Positions 1-7,882 are shown, counted from the first letter of the stretch. The stretch: DNA of 32,000 nucleotides from Cylindrospermopsis raciborskii Cr2010 (GCF_003367075.2 NZ_CP065936.1:420001-452000); one strand, 5' to 3'. Made by a program: numbers and translations. Notes: a model not told the origin generated them from the sequence alone.

Positions 1-1023
<1,023 letters not shown>

Positions 1024-1225
1024 CTACTGAATATAGTATAACAGAATGATGCCTGTGCCCAACCTCTTGTATCAAAAGTAAGCTTAAATTTTAACGGTTA
1101 TGTGAACCATTGATAATATTACTCTATATCATAAAATTTTCCTTGGCTTCAATAACAGAAAATTACCCACATTCCTTTTGGTTTTTGGTATAAATAAATC
1201 AGAATGATATTACCAACAAGCTACC

Positions 1226-1750
1226 ATGAAAACTAAACTCCAGGTTAAACTACTCCAGTATATCCTGATTAGGGACAAAACAGCTCAAGGTTTTACTCTG
1301 CTAGAACTACTAGTGGTTATTGTCATTATTGGTATACTGTCCGCGATCGCCTTGCCCTCTTTTTTTACCCAAGCCAACAAAGCTAAGGAATCAGAGGCTA
1401 AAACCTATGTCAGTTCCTTTAATAAAGCTCAAACCCTATACAGGCTAGAAAATACCGGGTTTGCTACCACTCTTAATCAGTTATCAATTACCGTTCCCGC
1501 ATCCACAGATTTTTACAACTACACGATTGGAGGGAGTGGTACTATTACCAACCTTACAGCAAGTACTAAAGACCCTAACTCCCTCAAAGGGTTTAGTGGT
1601 GGAGTAACCATATTGTCAGGAAGCGGACAAACCCAGTCTGTTGCCTGTCAAACTGAACAAGTGCAGCAAGTTCACCCTGTTGTTGTTCCCATTCTGGATT
1701 CTACCCAAGCCAAATGCGATGACACAAAAAATATGACCGCCATGAAATAA
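1226..1750 (+). CDS. Type IV pilin-like protein (prepilin with N-terminal cleavage/methylation motif)
   Basis: AQG|FTLLELLVVIVIIGILSAIALPSF is a class III signal/prepilin peptidase motif followed by a hydrophobic helix. A KAKESEAK segment follows, as in cyanobacterial pilin-like proteins. Confidence 0.8.
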   Translation: MKTKLQVKLLQYILIRDKTAQGFTLLELLVVIVIIGILSAIALPSFFTQANKAKESEAKTYVSSFNKAQTLYRLENTGFATTLNQLSITVPASTDFYNYTIGGSGTITNLTASTKDPNSLKGFSGGVTILSGSGQTQSVACQTEQVQQVHPVVVPILDSTQAKCDDTKNMTAMK

Positions 1751-1768
1751 TCAAATAAATTATAGCCT

Positions 1769-1806
1769 GAGCCAGAAAGTTTAGTACTGACTAGTCGTTC
1801 TGGCTC
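1769..1806 (+). terminator. Hairpin downstream of the pilin gene (possible terminator)
   Basis: GAGCCAGAA (1769-1777) pairs with TTCTGGCTC (1798-1806), 19 nt after the stop codon. The loop is long (20 nt) and the downstream T tract is weak. Confidence 0.35.
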
Positions 1807-2034
1807 TCCCTTTTATTGATCGAGCGTAAAACCCCAACGCCCCCATGGGTTAGCCATCCTCATAAATAATCGTGCCTCCCTACTTGGCTGGTGGTAGTAA
1901 TTACCGTACAAAAGCTAAAGATTCTCAATTTGAGGGAATATTGTATGATATGCTATGAGAGTTAAAACCAAAACTTAACCATAAAGTTAAATGTTGCACG
2001 GTAGAAAAATCGCCAACACTGCATTATTTTTCTC

Positions 2035-2063
2035 TTGACCAAAATAATCAGATAGTTTACAAT
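2035..2063 (+). promoter_or_regulatory. Candidate sigma70-type promoter
   Basis: TTGACC (2035-2040), a 17-nt spacer, then TACAAT (2058-2063). It lies upstream of a 42-codon ORF and the 72-aa ORF at 2327. Confidence 0.35.
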
Positions 2064-2326
2064 GGTATGTTAGTTATCAGGAGTTAACCTTGAAACTATT
2101 AAGTGACTGTTAAAATCAACGACAATGCTAAAACAAATCCCTAGCAAAATCAGCACAAGTTGTTCAAATCAGTCTAAAACGGTCCTCCATGGACTCCTCA
2201 ACAAACCTCTGTCTACCGCAAGCAAGAAAGCTCAAACACATAGCTTTGTATAAGTTTGAAAACGTCAAATGTTGCACAGTTTTAACTGAGCATTTACTTC
2301 AATAAAATCTGAACACAATCCTGGTT

Positions 2327-2545
2327 ATGACTCAACAAGTGATTCACCACATGGTGAAATTGCAGCGTAATGTTCAATCATTAGTAGAATCGAATATTAT
2401 CAAGCCCAGCGACAGTATATGGAAGATTGCCTTTCTATATGCTGACGAATGGAAATATTGGAAACAAGAGCTACTAGACTTTGGTTTTAGTATGCAAGAT
2501 CCCATCGGGGATCTATTAGCAGTAGAAACCTGGGACGAAGATTAA
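2327..2545 (+). CDS. Hypothetical protein (72 aa)
   Basis: This is an ORF only, with no motif I recognise. It is convergent with the kinase gene. Confidence 0.35.
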   Translation: MTQQVIHHMVKLQRNVQSLVESNIIKPSDSIWKIAFLYADEWKYWKQELLDFGFSMQDPIGDLLAVETWDED

Positions 2546-2553
2546 AGCCACAA

Positions 2554-3792
2554 TCAACATTCCAACAGTGCTTGAGCCAAATCCTGAGCACTTTGAAAAC
2601 GGTCCCCCGGTAGTGGTTCGGTCACTCTCTCAATCACCTTCTGAATTTTTGGTGTAATGGTCGGAACGTTTTGGACATCAAAACAAAACCCCTTACCCCT
2701 AGGACGAAAGAACTTGAGAGGATTTTGTCCAGTCAATAAAAAAATCAGGGTTGGTCCTACTGCATACAAATCCGACTGGGTCAGCGGTTGTCCCCTTTCC
2801 TGTTCGGGAGCGCAGTACCCCTCAGCACCAATCCTTGTTCCCGATCCAGTGCCAATTTCCTTCACAGCACCAAAGTCCAAAACCACAATTCGATGATTAC
2901 CATTTCTCACCATCAGATTAGCTGGTTTAATATCCCGATGAATCAAAGGTGGGTTTTGAGAATGAAGATAATCCAGAATCTCACAGGTTTGGACCATCCA
3001 GGCGATCGCCTGGGTTACCGTTACCGATCCACCATAGGATACAACTTTTTCCAAATCCTGTCCCTGGATTAATTCCATGGCCAAGAATTTTTTCCCCCCT
3101 TCCACAAAAAAATCATAATATTTAGGGATTCCCGGATGATGGAGACATTTAAGCGTATTTGCTTCTCTCTCAAATAGCTCCTGAGCTTTAGCAATTACGC
3201 TCATGTCTCTGTTCATTTGTTTCAAAACTAAAAGTTGTGGCACTCCCGTAGTTATACCCGCACTGTCCCAAGCTAGATAGGTAGTACCCATGCCTCCCTG
3301 TCCTAAAACACGTAACACTTGATAATGACGTATTTGTTTAATAACAGACATAGGCTGACCACAGTGAACACAAAACATGTTATTGGGTAAATTGCCTTCG
3401 TGTTTACAAGCTAGGGGTGAGACTTGACCTGTAACTTGTGGTGTCATCCAAGAAGGATTGGTCAAGTTGGGTATACTTTGTATTTGGAATCGTACTATAG
3501 GACCACCCTGTGCCAACTGGAACAGGTAATTATCCATCAACCTACATTTTGAAGTTAGCACACCATTGACAAAAGTCCCATTTGTCCCCCGACTAACTAT
3601 TTGCCAGCTATCAACATCTCCAGTTTCCGGGAGTTTTTTCAGTTCTAAATGATACCTTGAAACTAAGTTACTATGTAATACTACGTGATTATCTACAGCT
3701 CGACCAATGCGAATGAGAGTGGCATTCTCGAAACGCCATTCTTGGACTGGAGTTTGGTATTGCGGATCTAAAAGAGTCAGGATAACCAGCAT
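2554..3792 (-). CDS. FHA domain / zinc-ribbon / Ser-Thr protein kinase
   Basis: The N-terminal FHA pattern is IGR..DN.VVL....VSRYH...TNGTFVNG. A Cys cluster CKHEG...CVHCG follows. The kinase motifs are GQGGMGTTY, LVLK, HRDIKPANL, DFG and YCAPE. Confidence 0.85.
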   Translation of the reverse strand: MLVILTLLDPQYQTPVQEWRFENATLIRIGRAVDNHVVLHSNLVSRYHLELKKLPETGDVDSWQIVSRGTNGTFVNGVLTSKCRLMDNYLFQLAQGGPIVRFQIQSIPNLTNPSWMTPQVTGQVSPLACKHEGNLPNNMFCVHCGQPMSVIKQIRHYQVLRVLGQGGMGTTYLAWDSAGITTGVPQLLVLKQMNRDMSVIAKAQELFEREANTLKCLHHPGIPKYYDFFVEGGKKFLAMELIQGQDLEKVVSYGGSVTVTQAIAWMVQTCEILDYLHSQNPPLIHRDIKPANLMVRNGNHRIVVLDFGAVKEIGTGSGTRIGAEGYCAPEQERGQPLTQSDLYAVGPTLIFLLTGQNPLKFFRPRGKGFCFDVQNVPTITPKIQKVIERVTEPLPGDRFQSAQDLAQALLEC

Positions 3793-3867
3793 GATTAATT
3801 ATATAACTAATTATACAAATATAGATAAGTAATAGACACTAACAACTTATTAATTTAAATTTATCAT

Positions 3868-5235
3868 TCATTTTATTTTTTGTTTCAATCGGTACAAAAT
3901 AGTATTTTTTTCCACCTGAGTCAAAATTTCCTCAATTACAGTATTAGCACCCAACCTTCCCCAGGTGCAGCCATTTTCTAAATATACTTGTGCGGCTTTT
4001 CCTACAGCATAAGCACCATAAGAAGCCACACCGGACTGAGCCAGGGCACCACCAGCAAAAGTAGTAATGTTTATAGAACCTTCACCAGCTACTGCTGCTG
4101 CACTTTTACCCATGCCTAGAACTAAATTGCTAGCTATTTCTGCAAGTAATAGACCACCAGAGCTCAAGAGGATAGTTTTTAATAACCTAGTTGCTTCATA
4201 GCTAGTCATAGGGAGAGAGTATAATCTAGCCAAAGAACGAATTAAAGCCAAATCAGTAATTAGACCACCAATAACATCTAAAAAACCAATGGGATTTAGA
4301 GCAATAGCTAAGGCCTTATATTTACAGAATCGCCAAATCAACGCCTCCGCTTCTTGTTGACGAAAATACAAAGTTTTTTCCGCTATAATTGCTTCCGATT
4401 CCCTAGCTTGTACCAGTGCATTCAAAGCCAAAAGCGATCGCCCTTCTCGATTTAGTATATTCAGAATAGTTTGCTTTAGCTCTTGCACTTGAGGTTTGGG
4501 AGTTTCCCATTCATAACTTATCCTACCATCTGCATATTCCACCCTCACCTCCATAGGTGCAGGTTCAGCGGACACCATCACAATTTCATCTGGTAATAAT
4601 GGATCACTTTCCTGATCACCCGTAGCTGCTCCTAAAACTTGTAAATTGTGATAAATTGTGCTTTTATCCGTATCTGGATACAAATCTATTTTATTGAACA
4701 CTAAAATCAGAGGTTTTTGAGCTTGTCGTAATTCTAGTAAAGCTTGGTACTCTGTTCTAGTTATATCTCCGGATACCACGAACAGAATTAAATCAGCTTG
4801 TTGTGCCACAGTGCGAGCCATTTCTCCCCGAACTTCCCCATTGATTTCATCCAAACCAGGAGTATCAATTAATTCAACACACACCTTAGTACCCGATTGC
4901 CAACGGAGGGAGCGGGGCCATTGAGTGACACCATTAAGAGGTCCTGTTTCCAGGATTTTTTCCCCCAGGAGGGAATTTAACACAGCGGACTTACCACGAC
5001 TGACCAGACCAAAAGCAGCTATTTTGATCAGATTTGAGTCCAGCTTGTGCAGAGTAGCATTGAGGATTTCCATTTGAGGTTTAATCAAACTTGCCAAATC
5101 TGGTCTAGACGACAAGTGTCCTGACTTACGAAGATAGGCATACCAAGATAGAGTTTGTTTGATGCTGGCACGAGCGCGATTTAGATGGGTTTCTTGGGAA
5201 ACTACTCGCGACTGAAATTCCTGCATTGTGGACAA
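3868..5235 (-). CDS. GTP-binding protein with hydrophobic C-terminal domain (DUF697-like)
   Basis: The G1 motif is GLVSRGKSAVLNSL, G3 is DTPG and G4 is NKID. The C-terminal third is Gly/Ala-rich and hydrophobic. Confidence 0.8.
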   Translation of the reverse strand: MSTMQEFQSRVVSQETHLNRARASIKQTLSWYAYLRKSGHLSSRPDLASLIKPQMEILNATLHKLDSNLIKIAAFGLVSRGKSAVLNSLLGEKILETGPLNGVTQWPRSLRWQSGTKVCVELIDTPGLDEINGEVRGEMARTVAQQADLILFVVSGDITRTEYQALLELRQAQKPLILVFNKIDLYPDTDKSTIYHNLQVLGAATGDQESDPLLPDEIVMVSAEPAPMEVRVEYADGRISYEWETPKPQVQELKQTILNILNREGRSLLALNALVQARESEAIIAEKTLYFRQQEAEALIWRFCKYKALAIALNPIGFLDVIGGLITDLALIRSLARLYSLPMTSYEATRLLKTILLSSGGLLLAEIASNLVLGMGKSAAAVAGEGSINITTFAGGALAQSGVASYGAYAVGKAAQVYLENGCTWGRLGANTVIEEILTQVEKNTILYRLKQKIK

Positions 5236-5325
5236 TTTTAATAGGTGACCAAATAAGTTTAGTTTATCATGTACGACAAAATCAGTCGGTTAAAAACAGT
5301 CTCCAGGTAGGGGTTAATTCAACCA

Positions 5326-5466
5326 ATTATTTAAGTGTAATGCGGATGTGTTTGTGGCTGGGGACTTATTTTGGTATCCAGTGAAGGGTAGTAACAAAAT
5401 TAAACTAGCTCCCGATACCATGGTGGTGTTTGGGAGACCCAAGGGACACCGGGGGTCTTATCGACA
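5326..5466 (+). pseudogene. Internal fragment of a Uma2-family nuclease gene (seventh, decayed copy)
   Basis: About 140 bp are near-identical to 8073-8213 of copy 1 (coding LFKCNADVFVAGDLFWYPVKGSNKIKLAPDTMVVFGRPKGHRGSYRQ). At 5466/5467 it is fused directly to the sequence that normally follows the Uma2 stop codon. Confidence 0.8.
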
Positions 5467-5676
5467 ATACCCCCGTGAGAAGGGTTTTCTCAACCTGAGA
5501 TTTTTCTCTACTTAAAGCAGTACGAAGTAACATGGGAGTTTGGAACTGATATTGACACCACGCTCAATGCCCATTTTTGGCAATAGCGATCGCAAACTGC
5601 ATTGCATAACTAAAATAAACAGAATTAATGTTATAAAAAATGGCTTAAAGAAATGTAGACTAAGTGCCATATCCCC

Positions 5677-5860
5677 TTGACTTATGCAAGAAATATGATA
5701 TTATTCAGACGGTGAGGTAATTAATAGCCTCGCGTGGAAATAAAATATAAGTCAAACCATAAGGTGCAGATCTTTGACGGTCTACATGATCTCAGTTCGT
5801 GCCAACCAGACTCACCCACCCAAGTAACTACAAGAGTCGAGTGGTAAGGATTCTCTTACC
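5677..5860 (+). ncRNA. R element copy R1: promoter plus candidate structured small RNA (unassigned family)
   Basis: TTGACT (5677-5682), a 16-nt spacer, then TATTAT. The following ~140 nt has no ORF longer than 13 codons. Predicted helices are GGTGC 5763-5767 with GTGCC 5799-5803, and GACTC with GAGTC. A terminal hairpin pairs GGTAAG with CTTACC (5843-5860). Confidence 0.4.
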
Positions 5861-5948
5861 CCAGCCTAAAAACCTCTTGAAATATATTCAGGTAGCATAA
5901 CCACTCTGGAAGATTGCCTTGACCAATATCTTTTAACCAAGAGCGATC
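5858..5948 (+). repeat. hicB-tail module (last 43 bp of hicB plus 48 bp downstream), present five times
   Basis: The same ~91 bp (accccagcctaaaaacctcttgaaatatattcaggtagcataaccactctggaagattgccttgaccaatatcttttaaccaagagcgatc) occurs at 5858-5948, 6491-6581 (the native hicB end), 9196-9286, 13204-13294 and 15813-15903. Confidence 0.85.
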
Positions 5949-6102
5949 ACTCTTCTAAACAAAACCCTGAGAAAAAGCAAGCCTCATACTGCTTTTGTGA
6001 GTGGTGATCGCATTTAGCAAAGGGAGAATCATCAAACTGGTCTCTGATTGTACTGCATCTTTGTGAAACCCGCTATATATTTATTTAATAACTTTCAATT
6101 GA

Positions 6103-6309
6103 ATGCCTAAAAAAATTCGAGAACTAAAGGCAATGTTGTTAAAAGCCGGGTTTATCCAACGGACTGGTAAAGGTAGTCACACAATCTGGATTCACGAAAA
6201 AATGCCAGATATGCCAATAACAATTGCAGGTAAGGATGGTGACGATGCTAAAATCTATTTAGAGAAACAAGTTAAACAAAGACTCGCAAGACTAGAAGAA
6301 TTGCAATGA
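6103..6309 (+). CDS. hicA: Type II toxin-antitoxin system HicA-family toxin
   Basis: KIRELKAMLLKAGF...GKGSHTIWIH matches the HicA/YcfA mRNA-interferase pattern. There is a 4-bp ATGA overlap with the next ORF. Confidence 0.75.
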   Translation: MPKKIRELKAMLLKAGFIQRTGKGSHTIWIHEKMPDMPITIAGKDGDDAKIYLEKQVKQRLARLEELQ

Positions 6310-6533
6310 ATTCACATTACAGTATGATTATTTTCTGGTCTCAAGAGGATAACTGCTATGTAGTCCACCTCCCTGACTTCCCTTTTCAAGACATCCACAC
6401 CCACGGGAATACTTATGAGGAAGCAGCCAAACATGGTCAGCAAGTGATTGACAGTTATCTTCAGCTTTATCAAGAAAATAACCAACCTCTACCCCAGCCT
6501 AAAAACCTCTTGAAATATATTCAGGTAGCATAA
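6306..6533 (+). CDS. hicB: Type II toxin-antitoxin system HicB-family antitoxin
   Basis: YSMIIFWSQEDNCYVVHLPDFP...THGNTYEEAAKHGQQVIDSYL matches the HicB/UPF0150 N-terminal domain pattern. It is translationally coupled to hicA. Confidence 0.75.
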   Translation: MNSHYSMIIFWSQEDNCYVVHLPDFPFQDIHTHGNTYEEAAKHGQQVIDSYLQLYQENNQPLPQPKNLLKYIQVA

Positions 6534-6644
6534 CCACTCTGGAAGATTGCCTTGACCAATATCTTTTAACCAAGAGCGATCGCCATCAGTTCAAGCGCGA
6601 TATCACCAACACCGACAGCCTAGCTGCTGAGTTTGTCGCCTTTG

Positions 6645-6731
6645 ACAATTGCAGGTAAAGATGGTAAAGATGCTAAAATCTATTTAGAAAAACAACTTAA
6701 ACAAAGACTCGCAAGACTAGAAGAATTGCAA
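6645..6731 (+). pseudogene. 3' fragment of a diverged hicA paralog
   Basis: These 87 bp are homologous to hicA 6220-6306 (ITIAGKDG.DAKIYLEKQ.KQRLARLEELQ) with several substitutions and no start codon. Identical copies lie at 13358-13444 and 15967-16053. Confidence 0.7.
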
Positions 6732-6755
6732 GGAACTGTTGCAAAATGCAGAAAC

Positions 6756-6913
6756 GGAGCCATATCCCGTTGGTCTGTTGGGTTTCGTGCCTCAACCCAA
6801 CCTACGATTACCCACGACAAAACCAGTCGGGTACGGAGCCATATCCCGTTGGTCTGTTGGGTTTCGTGCCTCAACCCAACCTACGATTACCCACGACAAA
6901 ACCAGTCGGGTAA
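6756..6913. repeat. 79-bp tandem repeat x2, each unit carrying a GTTGGGTT-N9-AACCCAAC hairpin
   Basis: The units start at 6756 and 6835 (ggagccatatcccgttggtctgttgggtttcgtgcctcaacccaacctacgattacccacgacaaaaccagtcgggta). The hairpin stem of the first unit pairs 6777-6784 with 6794-6801. Confidence 0.85.
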
Positions 6914-7299
6914 GGGTTGGACATCACTATCCTTCCCTCCCCTAAGAACCGGACTTGACAGTTTCCTCCGGCTCAAGCCTTACTTCAAGCCTTTCAACTT
7001 GGGTTTTGAGTGTGCCTGTTTATGAGAGACTGAGTGCAAATACTTCAGGTTTTCTATGTCGTCCAGACCACCTTTTGCAACAGGTACTATGTGGTGGGTT
7101 TCGATTCCATCTCCATTGAGTAGTGGTTCACCGCAGATGGGACATTTTGCTCTCGACCGTTTAGATTTTTGACTTCCACCCCTAGTCTCTTACAGAGAGC
7201 TAACACTTTCTTTTTCGAGGGTTTGATAAGGAATTCCGTCACGGGTAATTCATTGGCGATCTCCCACAGGGAGTGCTTCCCAATCCCCCTTAACCGCAC
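6769..7299 (-). mobile_element. Degenerate, internally deleted group II-intron-derived insertion (copy 1 of 3)
   Basis: The minus strand starts GTGCGG at 7299-7294. It carries a frameshifted intron-protein C-terminus with an HNH motif and a domain-V-like hairpin, GAGCCGGA...TCCGGTTC (6974-6946). Its borders are defined by comparison with the uninterrupted site at 5661-5682. Confidence 0.55.
6980..7299 (-). pseudogene. Remnant of a group II intron-encoded protein C-terminus (HNH endonuclease domain), frameshifted
   Basis: The frame ending at stop 6982-6980 reads KSKRSRAKCPICGEPLLNGDGIETHHIVPVAKGGLDDIENLKYLHSVSHKQAH, a CxxC...HH...GG...N...H HNH pattern. Track ORF 7087-7299 is in a different frame. 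No RT domain is present. Confidence 0.6.
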
Positions 7300-7302
7300 C
7301 CC

Positions 7303-7474
7303 TTGACTTATAGGAAAAACCTGATATTATATTTTCACGGGTTAAATAACCCTGCCACATACGAATAAAATATCAAGTAAACAATAAGGTGCTGAACTTT
7401 GACGGTCTACATGATCTCGGTTCGTACCAACCAGACTCATCCACCCAAGTAACTACAAGAGTCGAGTGGTAAGG
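7303..7474 (+). ncRNA. R element copy R3a: promoter plus candidate structured small RNA
   Basis: TTGACT (7303-7308), a 16-nt spacer, then TATTAT. Predicted structures are a GGGTT-aaat-AACCC hairpin, a helix pairing GGTGC 7388-7392 with GTACC 7424-7428 extended by GAAC/GTTC, an inner GGTC-tacat-GATC hairpin, and GACTC paired with GAGTC. Confidence 0.4.
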
Positions 7475-7494
7475 GGTCTTTGTCTCAATTTTAG

Positions 7495-7620
7495 ACTACA
7501 ATCAATAATTACCCACAGTTTGAGCAGCGGTTAAGTTTGATAGAGACTATACTAGCAAATAAGTTCCCAGACTTGACCAAGGAGATGATTATGCAGTTGC
7601 AAGTCTCGTTTTTACCAAGA
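7495..7620 (+). pseudogene. C-terminal fragment of a Rpn/YhgA-like (DUF4351-type) protein gene
   Basis: The translation FEQRLSLIETILANKFPDLTKEMIMQL resembles, from memory, the conserved LIETILVYKFPxLSREEI tail of cyanobacterial Rpn-family/DUF4351 proteins. There is no upstream coding body. Copies lie at 14208-14333 and 16817-16942. Confidence 0.4.
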
Positions 7621-7882
7621 GATTCGGATGGAGGCCCTACAAGAGGGAGAACGGCGTGGGAGAGAAAAGGGAAGAGAGGAAGGACAGCGAAGGAAAAACC
7701 TGAGTCCCAATTTGACCTTGTTACAGTTGTTAGGAACGAATGAGGAGGAGAGTGGGAAGATAGGTAACGACAGGAGAATTTCTACCGACGGTTTTTTATG
7801 AATTTCCAGGTACATGGGGGTTTGGGACTGATAAGAAGCTATGTAATAGTAAATTAAACCGATTGAGTCAATACCAAAGTGA

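Noticed and set aside
2657-3072. ORFs 2657-2896 and 2788-3072, antisense to the kinase, and similar antisense ORFs in the glycan cluster (19696-20265, 25038-25457, 26200-26436, 27739-28028, 31388-31802 and others)
   Set aside because: They are nested antisense to CDSs with strong domain evidence. These are typical shadow ORFs.
6534-6581. hicB-tail hairpin as an integron attC site, with the island as an integron cassette array
   Set aside because: No intI integrase is present, no GTTRRRY/RYYYAAC core sites bracket the hairpin, and the units are tandem duplications rather than distinct cassettes.
6633-7025. Track ORFs 6633-7025, 6680-6874 and 6739-6945, and their copies at offsets +6713 and +9322
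   Set aside because: They are read through the hicA fragment, the 79-bp hairpin repeats and the reverse complement of the intron remnant. The peptides (VGFRASTQPT, GWVEARNPT) are translations of a palindromic repeat in both directions. They are not genes.
7403-7432. tRNA-like T-arm (GGTTCGTACC) inside the R element
   Set aside because: The flanking bases do not form a T-stem, and no acceptor or anticodon arms can be drawn.
7300-7474. R element as part of the adjacent intron-derived insertion, or merely its 5' exon
   Set aside because: R1 and R2 occur without any adjacent intron sequence. Homology between R copies stops exactly at the GTGCG boundary. R is therefore an independent unit that happens to carry the insertion site next to its -35 box.
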